A DNA stretch of 64,000 nucleotides, taken from positions 2,792,001 through 2,856,000 of the forward strand of contig CM075990.1 of NCBI GenBank assembly GCA_038087875.1, in the 5' to 3' direction. The position numbers were made by a program, and so were the translations under genes. Position 1 is the stretch's first letter. Each line of letters starts with the position of its first letter. Origin of the DNA: Malacoraja senta. Taxonomy: Eukaryota. The notes beneath the pieces are model-generated. The model was given only the letters and a program-made list of their open reading frames with translations, was not told the DNA's origin and did not search any database. Positions 9,376-23,193 of the stretch are shown here, piece by piece.

Positions 9376-11609
9376 ATTTTGTGGCTAAAGGGTTCGGGGG
9401 TAAGGAGAGAAGGCAGGTACAGAATACTGAGTTGGATGATCAGCCATGATCATATTGAATGGCGGTGCAGGCTCGATGGGCCGAATGGCCTACTCCTACT
9501 CCTGCACCTATTTTCTATGTTTCTATGTTTCTATACAGATATAACATTGAATCAGGAGGACAGTTAGACTGGTCGGAGAACTAGGATAAGGGATCTACCA
9601 TGCAAGATGACAGAACCTTTCAGTCAATGTGACAGAGTGATAGAAAAAAAAATCCATGTCCTCACGATAACCTTTTCAGTTACGTACAGTGAACAATCTT
9701 GTACGTGATGTACGCATGCATTTGTAAATGAATAACAAAGGTCGGGGGTCAGAATATTTTGATTCACTTTCTGTCGTCGTTTTAGAGATAGGATTCCCTT
9801 GATGCCACCATTCAGTTGAGTTCAGTTCAGTTTAGTTTAGTTTAGTTTACAGGGTGGCAACAGACCCATCGGCCCATCGAGTCCACGCTGACCAGCGATC
9901 ACCCACGTGCGCTAGTTCTATCCTACACACTCAGATGGGACAATTTACAGAAGCCAATTAACCACGCCGACCGTCGATCACCCGATCACACTAGTTCTGT
10001 TGTCCCACTCTCTCATCCGCCCTCGACACATTTGGAAGAATTACAGAGGGCCAAATAATCTACAAGCCCTCACGTCTTTGGAATGTGGGAGGAAACCGAA
10101 GCACCCAAAGGAAATCCACGCGGTCACGGGGAAAACTCCGCGCTGACAGCGCCCGAGGTCGGGATCGAACCCGGGTCTCTGGCGCCGTTTGGCAGCGGCT
10201 TTACCAGCTGAGCCACCGGGCCACCCTTGTACAAGACACCACAGGAGCAATCAGGACGCGAGGTAGGCTCTCTCTGTGGGTGCTCAAAGTCAGCACAAAC
10301 ACTTCATAATGTGCAAATCACTTTTAATGCAACATTTACGGATTTAAAAAAAAAAATCTAATTCGATTTCTGCCATGTATGTAGACACAAGTATAGTGTC
10401 AACAATTTGTTCAGATTATACCACAGAAGCAAGAGGGTGCATTGCCATCTTTCAGTGGCATTAAAGCAACACTGTGGGTCACTCGAACACTACTTATTGA
10501 AGTTATGTAAAGAGAGTGAACTGCAGTCGTGAAGTTCATAGTTTTAGTTTTGCAGATACAGCGTGGAAACAGGCTCTTCGGCCTACTGAGTCATAAGGTC
10601 ATAAGGTCATAAGGTCATAAGGTCATAAGGTCATAGGTGATAGAAGCAGAATTAGGCCATTTGGCCAATCAAGTCTACTCCGCCATTCAATCGTGGCTGA
10701 TCTATCTCTCCCTCCTAACCCCATTCGCCTGCCTTCGCCCCATAACTCCTGACACCCGTACTAAGTCTGCACCGACCAGCAATCCCCGCACACTAACACT
10801 ATCCTACACGCACTAGGGACAATTTACAATTTTTCAGAAGCCAATTGACCCACAAACCTGTATGTCTTTGGAGTGAGGGAGGAAACCGGAGCACCCGGAG
10901 AAAATCCACGCAGGTCGCGGGGATAACGTTCAAACATAAAGCAGAGATAGATAGATTCTTGATTGGTATGGGTGTCAGGGATTATGAGGAGAAGGCAGGA
11001 GAATGGGGTTAGGAGGGATAGATCAGCCATGATTGAATGGCGGAGCTGTTTGATGGGCCGAATGGCCTAATTCTTCTCCTATCACGTGACATAATCTCTG
11101 CCTTAAAAATATCCATTGACTTGGCCTCCACATTCTTCAGTAGCAATGAATTCCACAGATTCACCACCCTCTGACTAAAGAAATTCATCCTCACCTCCTT
11201 ATCTGGAAGCGGAATTCTCTGCCACAGAAAGCAGTGGAGGCCAATCCACAATGTATTCAAGAGAGAGTTAGATTTAGCTCTTAGGGCTAATGGAATCAAG
11301 GGATATGGGGAAAAATCAGGAACGGGGTACTGATTTTGGATGATCAGCCATGATTATATTCAATGGGTATATGGCTCGAAGGGCCGAATGGCCTACTCCT
11401 GCACTTATTTTCTATGTTTCTACTTTTCAATGTTCTATGTTTCTTCCCAAAGGAACGTTCTTTAATTCTACAGCTATGACCTGTTGCCCTGGGGGTGATG
11501 GAGTCCCACTCATTGACTATGGAGCTTAGGTGGCCTTTCTTCATGAAGCAGGGAGCAAAGCTTCGCTAAATAACCGAACTGAACAAACGGAAACGGAACT
11601 TTCACAAAC

Positions 11610-12045
11610 TCCCCTTCCCATTCCCACGCTGACCTTTATGTTCAGGGCCTCTTCCATTGTCAGAGTGAGGCCCAGCGCAAATTGGAGGAACAGCACCTCA
11701 TATTCCGCTTGGGCAGCTTACACCCCAGCGGTATGATTATTGATATCTCTAACTTCAAGTAGCCCTTGCATCCCCTCTCTCTCTGTCCTTCCCCTGGCCT
11801 AGTCGTGCTAGTTTCACTGTCATCCTGTTGAGTTTCACTGTCTGCATAACTCGTTATCACCTAGCCCACAGACAACAATGGACCATTGTGGGCTCCACAT
11901 TTCCTTGATCATCGTTGCTTTTTGCATATCTTTCTTTCATTTGTTCTATGTACCAACTATCTCTCTCGTTTCCCTCCCCCCTGACTCTCAGTCTGAAGAA
12001 GGGTCTCAACCCGAAACACCACCTATTCCATTCCTCCAGAGATGA
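11610..12045 (+). mobile_element. Penelope-like element 3' end (GIY-YIG C-terminus, 3' UTR, terminal repeat)
   Basis: Peptide HCQSEAQRKLEEQHLIFRLGSLHPSGMIIDISNFK* then hammerhead-like motif near 11993-12022. Confidence 0.85.
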
Positions 12046-12480
12046 AACATAGAAACATAGAAACATAGAAAATAGGTGCAGGAGGAGGTCATTCGGCCCT
12101 TCGATCATGGCTGATCATGGCTGATCATGGCTGATCGTCCCCAATCAATAACCCGTGCCTGCCTTCTCCCCATATCCCTTGATTCCACCAGCCCCTAGAC
12201 CTCTATCTAACTCTCTCTTAAATCCATCCAGTGACTTGGCCTCCACTGCCCTCTGTGGCAGGGAATTCCATAAATTCACAACTCTCTGGGTGAAAAAGTT
12301 TTTTCTCACCTCAGTCCTAAATGACCTCCCCTTTATTCTAAGACTGTGGCCCTGGTTCTGGACTCGCCCAACATTGGGAACATTTTTCCTGCATCTAGCT
12401 TGTCCAGTCCTTTTATAATTTTATATGTTTCTATAAGATTCCCCCTCATCCTTCTAAACTCAAGTGAATACAAGCCTAGT
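12045..12480 (-). mobile_element. CR1 LINE 3' fragment, (TTTCTATG)n tail
   Basis: Reverse complement of CR1 ORF2 end and 3' UTR; (GAAACATA)n on plus strand. Confidence 0.85.
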
Positions 12481-12494
12481 TTTTTCCTAACCCT

Positions 12495-12882
12495 CTTGGC
12501 AGCTTACAACACAGCAATATGAACAATGAATTCTCTAATTTTGAATAATTCATCGCATCCGTCAACTCCACCTTTCCCTCCTTGCCCCCTTCCTTTACCC
12601 TAGACGTTTTACCAGATATTTCTCTACATTGTTTCTCTTGAGATCAAACTTTCCCAAGTCAACAATGGACCTACCAGGCACCACCCTGCGTGATTGTGGC
12701 TAGTCCTGACAGTTACAGGCCTTTTCTCACTTCCTGCCCTTCACCCACCCCCCCCCCCCCCACCCCCACCCCCTACTTTCAGTCTGAAGAAGGGTCAAGA
12801 CCCGAAAGGTCACCCATCCTTTTTCTCCAGAGATGCTGCCTGAGCTGCTGAGTTACTCCAGCACTTTGTGTCTATCTTTGGT
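12495..12882 (+). mobile_element. Older PLE 3' end
   Basis: Decayed GSL..MN..FSNF end and terminal repeat with CTGAAGAAGGGTCAAGACCCGAAAGGTCACCC at ~12784. Confidence 0.7.
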
Positions 12883-12954
12883 AACTTTTAAAAAGCTTGG
12901 AGTGACCCTGAGGCCAAGAATCTGGGTGTGACCCAGACCCTAACCTCTCCCAGA

Positions 12955-13250
12955 ACAGCGGTGGAGTTGCTGTCTCACAGCGCCAGAGCCCCGGGTTCGA
13001 TCCTGACCATGGGTTCTGTCTGTACGGAGTTCATCCCTTCTCTCCCTGACCACGAGGGTTTTCTCCAGGAGCTCTAGTTTCCTCCCACCCTCCAAAGACA
13101 TACAGGATTGTAGGTTAATTGGCTTCGGTAAAAATTGTAAATTGTCCCTTGTGTGCGGGGATGTTGCTGTGTGCGGGGATCATTGGTCAACGCGGACTCG
13201 GTGGGCCGAATGCCCGGTTTTCCGCGCTGCATCTCTAACGTCTAAAGTCC
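12955..13250 (+). mobile_element. V-SINE (HE1-like)
   Basis: B box GGTTCGATCC, core and 3' stem-loop. Confidence 0.85.
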
Positions 13251-13312
13251 AAAGAAAAGTCAATAAAGTGATCGGTGAGAGGGCGTGCCTGAGGGGACAG
13301 GATGTCACACGT

Positions 13313-13698
13313 CTGATCTTATAGAGGTGTACCAAATCATGAGAGGAATAGATCGGGTGGATGCACAGAGTCTCTTGCCCGGAGTAGGGCAATCAAGGAC
13401 CAGAGGACAACAGTTCAAGGTGAAGGTGAAAAGATTTAATAGGAATCTGAGGGGTAACTTTTTCACACAGAGGGTGGCGGGTGTATGGAACGAGCTGCCA
13501 GAGGAGGTAGTTGAGGCTGGGTCTATCCTAACGTATAAGAAACAGTTACACAGGTACATGGATAGGACAGGTTGGGAGGGATATGGACCAAGCGCAGGCA
13601 GGTGGGACTAATGTAGCTGGGACATGTTGGCCGGTGTGGGCAAGTTGGGCCGAAGGGCCTGTTTCCACACTGTTTCTCTCTATGAGTCTATGAGTCTA
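13313..13698 (+). mobile_element. CR1 LINE 3' fragment
   Basis: ORF DLIEVYQIMRGIDRVD...TRGQQFKV...GNFFTQRVAGVWNELPEEVVEA. Confidence 0.88.
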
Positions 13699-14496
13699 CC
13701 TCAGGGAAGACAGGGAATGTAGTTCATTGAGGGCTGGCCTTTAATGTGAACATGTTTCCTGGTGGAACATGAAGAGAACAGATTGTTCTAGGAATAAATA
13801 AACCTGTCACTTTCCAGAGCTGTGCGGTTGACAACCTCAATCTTTACGAACATTTGGTGTTTCACAACTAGCAATGTCATCAGGAGAAGGTTTACACTGA
13901 AGAAAAATGGCAGGCAAGAGGAAAAAACTGGCATAAAGACACCCTGTGTACAGGGAGGAACTGCAGATGCTGGTTTCAACCGAAGATAGATAGATAGGGC
14001 AGTCACGGTGGCTCAGCGGTAGAGTTGCTGCCTTACAGCAAAATGCAGTGCCAGAGACCCCGGTTCGATCCCGACTATGGGTGCTGTGTGTATGGAGTTT
14101 GTACGTTCTCCCCGTGATCTGCGTGGGTTTTCTCCGAGAACTTCGATTTCCTCCCACACTCCAAAGACGTACAGGTTTGTAGGTTAATTGGTTTGATAAA
14201 ATGTTAAATTGTCCAAGTTGGCGATATGCAGAATATGCAGAGTACTGCCCTGCCGACTACAAAATTCAGACGGTTCAGAAGGTTCAAAAGATACAAATTG
14301 CTGGAGTAACTCAGCGGGACAGGCGGCATCTCTGGAGGGAAGGAATGGGTGACGTTTTGGGTCGAGGCCCTTCTTCAGTCTGGAGCCTGAAGAAGCGTCT
14401 TGACTCGAAACGTCACTGATAAAGACACCCAGTGTCAGTATTCGTACTACGCCAGGCAAAGGTGATTTTCTGCTGAACTTCTTTCACAGTATTCAT

Positions 14497-14898
14497 TAGT
14501 TCCAGGAGCAGAATTAGGCCATTCGGCCCATCAAGTCTACATCGCCATTCAATCACGGCTGATCTATCTTTCCCGCTCAACCTCATTCTCCTGCCTTCTC
14601 CTCATAACCCCTGACACCCATATTAATCAAGAATCTGTTAATCTGTGCCTTAAAAATATCCATTGGCCCCTCGGCCTTTGTGGCAATGAATTCCACAGAT
14701 TCACCACCCTCCGACGAAAGAAATTCCTCCTCTTCTCCTTTTTAAAGGTACGTCCTTTTATTCTGAGGCTGTGGCCTCTGGTCCTAGACTCTCCCACTAG
14801 TGGAAACATCCTCTCCACATCCACTCTCTCCAGGCCTTTCACTAATCGGTAAGTTGCACTGAGGTCCCCCCCTCATTCTTCTAAACTCCAGCGAGTAC
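14497..14898 (-). mobile_element. CR1 LINE 3' fragment
   Basis: Minus ORF KGLERVDVERMFPLVGESRTRGHSLRIKG...RRNFF.RRVVNLWNSLP. Confidence 0.88.
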
Positions 14899-16759
14899 GC
14901 AAAGGAAATTCTTGGCTTGAATTTGTACACACCTGCACAGGTGATCTTGCTCATAGCAACAAGATGACCAGCTCTGCCAGAATTACTGCTGCCACATACA
15001 CACAAAGGCTATCCCTCTGCTGCAAGATACCATTGCACATTCTATGCACATTATCTCACAACCAGTATGTAGAAACAAGGAACTGCAGATGCTGGTCGAT
15101 ACCAAAAGGGACCCAAAGTGCTGGAGTAATTGAGTATCTCTGGAGAACATGGATAGGTATTGTTTCATGGTGAAACCAATAGACAATAGACAATAGGTGC
15201 AGGAGTAGGCCATTCGGCCCTTCGAGCCAGCACCGCCATTCAATGTGATCATGGCTGATCATCCCCAATCAGTACCCCGTTCCTGCCTTCTCCCCATATC
15301 CCCTGACTACGCTATCTAATAGACAAAACAATACACTTCTTCAAACTGATTGTAAGGGGGCTGGAAAAGGGGATGGGCAAGACAATGCTATAGACATAGA
15401 CGAGGGGGATTCTGGTAGGCAGATGGTTGGAACAAATGCCAGAGATAAGAGTTGAAGGTGCGAGAGAGGTTTGAAGACAGGTTCAAACTCTTATAGTGCA
15501 ATCTGCTGAGGTTTGTCTTGCTGAGTTACTCCAGCACTTTGTGTCCTTTTATGTATTAACCGGTCTCCAGAGATCACAACTACTTTCGTACACATTTGTG
15601 CTTTGACACACAATTGCCTAAAAATTGGGTTGCAGCGTGTAAAAAAAGCCAAATAATGTCCCTCTAAAAGATTGATTAAAATCTGCGCGGCACAGAGGAG
15701 CAGTTAGTCAACCCCTGCCTCACAGCGTCAGAGATCTTGGTTCGATCCTGACCGTGGGTGCTGCCTGTGTGGAGTTTGTACGTTCTCCCCATGACCGTGT
15801 GGGTTTCCTTCAGGTGCTCCAACATCCCAAAGATGTGTGGGTTTAGAGGTTAATTGGTCTTTGTAAAATTGCCCTAAGCTTGTAGGGAATGTATACACAA
15901 AAGTGGGAGGACATAAAACTGGTGTGAACAGGCCGGTGATCACTCACTGGTCAGCGTGGGCTTGGGCCTGTTTCTATGCTGTATATTTCAATTCAGTAGT
16001 TTAGCTTAGAGATACAGCATGGAAACAGGCCCATTGGCCCACCGAGTCCATGCTAACCAGCGATTACCCCTTACACACTTGATCCATCCTACACACTAGG
16101 GGCAATTTACAGAAGCCAATTAACCTACAAACCCGCATGTGTTTGGAGTGTGGGAGAACCCGGAGAAAACCCACACGGTCACAGGTGGGACGTACAAACT
16201 CCGTACAGACAGTATCTCGGGATTGAACCCGGGTCTCTGGCGCTGTGAGGCAGCAGCTCTACCGCTGCGCCACCGTGCCACCCGCCACATCTTGTATCTG
16301 AGCTGAATACAACAAATATACAATGAAAACATTAATTGTATTCTTTCAGTTAAGATGCACCTGCGGTCAGGATCGAACCCGGGTCTCTGGCGCTGTGAGG
16401 CAGCTGTGGCCACCGTGCTGCCCACATCTGCAGAAAAGGACGTTAAGGTGTCTCTCAGTGGGACCCACCACAGCATTGTGCACCAGGGAGAACTAACTTC
16501 AGGTCCAGCAGATCAACACTCCCTGAAGCAACGTGGCAAGACATTCCATTACCTCACAAGGTATGTCAAGGTGACCTGTAAACTATTGCAAATAGTACTC
16601 AGGAGATGAAGTGGACTGCAGCTACTGGAATCGAGCAAAACATAAAGTGCTGCAGGCACTCACGGGGTCAGGCAGCATCTGTGGAGGGGAAGGAACAGGC
16701 AATGTTCCACTCGAGACACTTCTACAGACACTGAATCATAGTACTTATGTATACATGTA

Positions 16760-16859
16760 TACATGTCACATACAAACATACACACTCACACACATACACA
16801 AACAGCCACACACACACACACACACACACTACACACACACACACTACACACACACACAG

Positions 16860-16891
<32 letters not shown>

Positions 16892-17682
16892 ACACACACA
16901 CTACACACTACACACACACACACTACACACACACACAAACAGACACACACACACACACACACTACACACACACACTACACACACACACAAACAGACACAC
17001 ACACACACACACACACACACTACACACACACACAGACACACACACACACACACACACTACACACACACACACACAGACACACACACACACACACACACAA
17101 ACAGACACACACACTGCATATTACACACAAACACACACACACTGCACACACACACACTGCACACACACACACACAAACAGACACACACACACAAACACAC
17201 ACACACAAACACACACGCACACTGCATATTACACACAAACACACACACACAAACACACACACAAACACACACACACACACTACACACACACACAAACAGA
17301 CACACACACTACACACACACACACAAACAGACACACACACACACTGCACACACACACACAAACTATACACACACACACACAAACACACACACACTACACA
17401 CACACACAAACAGACACACACACTACACACATATGTACGCACACACTACACACATATACACGTATATACACACGCACTAAACACACATACACACAGGCAC
17501 ATACACAACACATATACACACACGTATATACACACACACAACACACAGGCACGCACACACACTACACACATACACACAGACACAAACAGACACACACACT
17601 CACACGCACACACACAACACACATACACACAAGCACATACTATGCACACAGGCACGCACACACACACAAACGCACACACTCA
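16760..17682. repeat. Interrupted (CA)n microsatellite
   Basis: Directly visible; HT/CV pseudo-ORFs. Confidence 0.97.
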
Positions 17683-19089
17683 AATCTGGAGAATATGGAT
17701 GGGCTGGATCCTTCTTTAGTCCCAAAACGTTGCTATCCATGTTGTCCAGAGATGCTCCCTGACCCATTGAATTACCACAACACTTTGTGTCCTTTTTTGT
17801 TATTCAGCTGCAGTTTCTTTTTGTCTCCATCTCAAAAGAGAAAGGGTGAGGGAAAGGGAGGGTATGTGGCTGGGCAACATCGTTCACTTTAGTATATTGT
17901 CACGTGTGCTGAGGTACAGTGAAAAGCTTTTGCTGCGTGCTAACCAGTCAGCGGAAAGACTGCGCAGCGGTAGAGTTGCTGCCTTACAGCGCCAGAAACC
18001 CAAGTTCAATCCTGACTACGGGTGCTGTCTGTACGGAGTTTGTACGTTCTCCCCGTGACCGCGTGGGTTTTCTCCGGCTGCTCCGGTTTCCTCCCACACT
18101 CCAAAGACGTGCGGGTTTGTAGGTTAATTGGCTTCTGTAAATTATAAGTTATCTCTAGTGTGTAAATCATGAGAGGATTACATCGAGTAGACACTTGCCC
18201 AGAGTAGGGGAATCGAGAACCAGGGAAGCTAAGTTTAAGGTGAAGGGGGAAAGATTTAATAGGAATCTAAGGGGTAGCTTATCACGCAAAGGATGGTGGG
18301 TGTATGGAACAAGCCGCCAGAGGAGGTAGTTGAGGCTGGGGCTGTGGCAACATTTAAGAAACAATTAGGCAGGTACATGGATAGAACAGGTTTAGAGGGA
18401 TATGGGCCAAACGCAGGCAGGTGGGACCAGTGCAGACGTTGTTCAGCGTTAAGCAACTCCACTAAACTAAATGTGTATTTGTGATGTGAGCATGTATATT
18501 GATCTGCTTGCTTGACAACTAGAATAAAATACACACCCTCATTTGAAACTCCTTATATCTTGATGATATTCTGGTGGTTAGACATAACTCTATGGCTGTA
18601 TGACACCACTGGAAACATGCTCTCCACATCCATTCTATCCAGGCCTTTCCACCTGCAGATGCCGCTTGACCCGCTGAGTTCCTCCAGTAGATTGTTCCTT
18701 ACACACTGTGACATGCAATGATCGAATTGAATACACACTCCACAGTTTGCACACTGACGGACCCATTGTGGTTTATTAACCTTGCTTCCATTGAAACTGT
18801 GCAATTTAACTGCTTTCTCCTCCCCTTCCCAGCCCTCCCTCAGCCCACCGTCTCCGCCTCTTCCTTTCTTCTTCCCGCCCCCCCACCCCCACCCTCAAAT
18901 CAGTCTGAAGAAGTGTCTTGACCCGAAACGTTGCCTATTTCCTTCGCTCCATAGATGCTGCTGCACCCGCTGAGTTTCTCCAGCATTTTTGTCTACCTTC
19001 GATTTTCCAGCATCTGCAGTTCCTTCTTAAACAATTAGTTAGTCAGTTCACTTTTACTGTCACAGTGAAAAGCTTTTGTTGCGTGCTAA

Positions 19090-19706
19090 AGTCAAAAAGG
19101 CACAACAGAGGATGTACTTCCTACGGCAGCTGAGGAAGCACAATCTGCCACAGGCAATGATGGTCCAATTCTACACGGCCATCGTAGAGTCTGTTCTCAC
19201 CTTCTCCATCATGGTCTGGTTTGGCTCAGCCACCAAGCACGACACCTGGAGGCTGCAGCGAATCGTCCGATCAGCAGAGAAGGTTATTGGCTGCAACCTT
19301 CCCTCCATTGATGAACTGTACACTGCAAGGGCCAGGAAGCGAGCGGGCAAGATCATCTCTGACCCCTCTCACCCTGGCCACAAACTCTTTGAATCACTTC
19401 CCTCTGGAAGGCGACTCCGGACTGTCAAAGCTGCCACAGCCAGACATAAAAACAGCTTTTATCCACGAGTAGTTGCTCTGCTCAACAGCCAAAAATCTGT
19501 AGCCTCCCTTTGATCTGGTATTTTGTTGGTTCACATGCTTGATAAATGGTGTTTTATCATTAATGTTTTATTATTATTAATGTTTAGTGTTTTCTGAGTC
19601 ATTCGTAACTGTCACTGTATGTCATGTTGTTACTTGTGGGCGGAGCACCAAGGCAAATTCCTTGTATGTGAATACTTGGCCAATAAACTTACTTACTTAC
19701 TTACTT
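19090..19706 (+). mobile_element. 5'-truncated Rex1/Babar-like LINE with uninterrupted RT C-terminal frame
   Basis: VKKAQQRMYFLRQLRK...FYTAIVESVLTFSIMVWFG...DPSHPGHKLFESLPSGRRLR...NSFYP; AATAAA(CTTA)n tail; splits the host motif GCGTGCTAA/CCAGTCAGC. Confidence 0.9.
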
Positions 19707-19937
19707 AACCAGTCAGCGTAAAGACAATACAAGATGACAATCGAGCCGTTTACACTGTACAGATAGAGATTTTAAAGTGTGGAGCGATTGCAATATGTGA
19801 CTGTAGATGTGAAATGGCCAACTATCAAAATGTTCGCATAGTCCTCAATCTGACCTGTGACCTGTGAACTCAGGCTCGGAGGCATGCCTGGAATGCTGTG
19901 ACCATGGAGGCCACAGTCACTCCTGTGCCTTGAAATT

Positions 19938-20137
19938 NNNNNNNNNNNNNNNNNNNNNNNNNNNNNNNNNNNNNNNNNNNNNNNNNNNNNNNNNNNNNNN
20001 NNNNNNNNNNNNNNNNNNNNNNNNNNNNNNNNNNNNNNNNNNNNNNNNNNNNNNNNNNNNNNNNNNNNNNNNNNNNNNNNNNNNNNNNNNNNNNNNNNNN
20101 NNNNNNNNNNNNNNNNNNNNNNNNNNNNNNNNNNNNN
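19938..20137. other. Assembly gap (200 N)
   Basis: Run of 200 N. Confidence 1.
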
Positions 20138-20459
20138 ACGTTAAGGTGTCTATCAGTGGGACCCACCACAGCATTGTGCACCAGGAGAACTAACTTCAGG
20201 TCCAGCAGATCAACACTCCCTGAAGCAACGTGGCAAGACATTCCATTACCTCACAAGGTATGTCAAGGTGACCTGTAAACTATTGCAAATAGTACTCAGG
20301 AGATGAAGTGGACTGCAGCTACTGGAATCGAGCAAAACATAAAGTGCTGCAGGCACTCACGGGGTCAGGCAGCATCTGTGGAGGGGAAGGAACAGGCAAT
20401 GTTCCACTCGAGACACTTCTACAGACACTGAATCATAGTACTTATGTATACATGTATAC

Positions 20460-21104
20460 ATGTCACATACAAACATACACACTCACACACATACACAAAC
20501 AGCCACACACACACACACACACACACTACACACACACACACTACACACACACACAGACACACACACACACACACACACCACAGACACACACACACACACT
20601 ACACACTACACACACACACACTACACACACACACAAACAGACACACACACACACACACACTACACACACACACTACACACACACACAAACAGACACACAC
20701 ACACACACACACACACACTACACACACACACAGACACACACACAGACACACACACTACACACACACACACACACACACACTACACACACACACTACACAC
20801 ACACACAAACAGACACACACACACACACACACACACTACACACACACACAGACACACACACACACACACACACTACACACACACACAGACACACACACAC
20901 ACACACACACACTACACACACACACACACAGACACACACACACACACACACACAAACAGACACACACACTGCATATTACACACAAACACACACACACTGC
21001 ACACACACACACTGCACACACACACACACAAACAGACACACACACACAAACACACACACACAAACACACACGCACACTGCATATTACACACAAACACACA
21101 CACA

Positions 21105-21135
<31 letters not shown>

Positions 21136-21797
21136 TACACACACACACAGACACACACACACACACACACACTACACACACACACACACAGACACACACA
21201 CACACACACACACAAACAGACACACACACTGCATATTACACACAAACACACACACACTGCACACACACACACTGCACACACACACACACAAACAGACACA
21301 CACACACAAACACACACACACAAACACACACGCACACTGCATATTACACACAAACACACACACACAAACACACACACAAACACACACACACACACTACAC
21401 ACACACACAAACAGACACACACACTACACACACACACACAAACAGACACACACACACACTGCACACACACACACAAACTATACACACACACACACAAACA
21501 CACACACACTACACACACACACAAACAGACACACACACTACACACATATGTACGCACACACTACACACATATACACGTATATACACACGCACTAAACACA
21601 CATACACACAGGCACATACACAACACATATACACACACGTATATACACACACACAACACACAGGCACGCACACACACTACACACATACACACAGACACAA
21701 ACAGACACACACACACACACGCACACACACAACACACATACACACAAGCACATACTATGCACACAGGCACGCACACACACACAAACGCACACACTCA
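20460..21797. repeat. Interrupted (CA)n microsatellite (longer version)
   Basis: Directly visible. Confidence 0.97.
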
Positions 21798-23193
21798 AAT
21801 CTGGAGAATATGGATGGGCTGGATCCTTCTTTAGTCCCAAAACGTTGCTATCCATGTTGTCCAGAGATGCTCCCTGACCCATTGAATTACCACAACACTT
21901 TGTGTCCTTTTTTGTTATTCAGCTGCAGTTTCTTTTTGTCTCCATCTCAAAAGAGAAAGGGTGAGGGAAAGGGAGGGTATGTGGCTGGGCAACATCGTTC
22001 ACTTTAGTATATTGTCACGTGTGCTGAGGTACAGTGAAAAGCTTTTGCTGCGTGCTAACCAGTCAGCGGAAAGACTGCACAGCGGTAGAGTTGCTGCCTT
22101 ACAGCGCCAGAAACCCAAGTTCAATCCTGACTACGGGTGCTGTCTGTACGGAGTTTGTACGTTCTCCCGTGACCGCGTGGGTTTTCTCCGGTTTCCTCCC
22201 ACACTCCAAAGACGTGCGGGTTTGTAGGTTAATTGGCTTCTGTAAATTATAAGTTATCTCTAGTGTGTAAATCATGAGAGGATTACATCGAGTAGACACT
22301 TGCCCAGAGTAGGGGAATCGAGAACCAGGGAAGCTAAGTTTAAGGTGAAGGGGAAAGATTTAATAGGAATCTAAGGGGTAGCTTATCACGCAAAGGATGG
22401 TGGGTGTATGGAACAAGCCGCCAGAGGAGGTAGTTGAGGCTGGGGCTGTGGCAACATTTAAGAAACAATTAGGCAGGTACATGGATAGAACAGGTTTAGA
22501 GGGATATGGGCCAAACGCAGGCAGGTGGGACCAGTGCAGACGTTGTTCAGCGTTAAGCAACTCCACTAAACTAAATGTGTATTTGTGATGTGAGCATGTA
22601 TATTGATCTGCTTGCTTGACAACTAGAATAAAATACACACCCTCATTTGAAACTCCTTATATCTTGATGATATTCTGGTGGTTAGACATAACTCTATGGC
22701 TGTATGACACCACTGGAAACATGCTCTCCACATCCATTCTATCCAGGCCTTTCCACCTGCAGATGCCGCTTGACCCGCTGAGTTCCTCCAGTAGATTGTT
22801 CCTTACACACTGTGACATGCAATGATCGAATTGAATACACACTCCACAGTTTGCACACTGACGGACCCATTGTGGTTTATTAACCTTGCTTCCATTGAAA
22901 CTGTGCAATTTAACTGCTTTCTCCTCCCCTTCCCAGCCCTCCCTCAGCCCACCGTCTCCGCCTCTTCCTTTCTTCTTCCCGCCCCCCCACCCCCACCCTC
23001 AAATCAGTCTGAAGAAGTGTCTTGACCCGAAACGTTGCCTATTTCCTTCGCTCCATAGATGCTGCTGCACCCGCTGAGTTTCTCCAGCATTTTTGTCTAC
23101 CTTCGATTTTCCAGCATCTGCAGTTCCTTCTTAAACAATTAGTTAGTCAGTTCACTTTTACTGTCACAGTGAAAAGCTTTTGTTGCGTGCTAA

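Larger units (their letters stand above)
16440..19937 (+). repeat. Copy 1 of near-identical duplication flanking the gap
   Basis: Collinear with 20138-24041; ends exactly at the N run. Confidence 0.95.

Noticed and set aside
16434..16560. Possible exon (CTGCAG acceptor, AAG/GTATGT donor; EKDVKVSLSGTHHSIVHQGELTSG...)
   Set aside because: Weak pyrimidine tract, unrecognised peptide, indels in the duplicate copy; needs RNA-seq.
19076..19513. 145-aa ORF as a duplicated host gene
   Set aside because: Rex1/Babar RT C-terminus, 5'-truncated; second copy lies in the gap-flanking duplication.
16611..22007. Long His/Thr- and Cys/Val-rich ORFs (up to 515 aa), also at 42182-43212 and 52047-52698
   Set aside because: Translations of (CA)n/(TG)n tracts, open in several frames at once; not genes.
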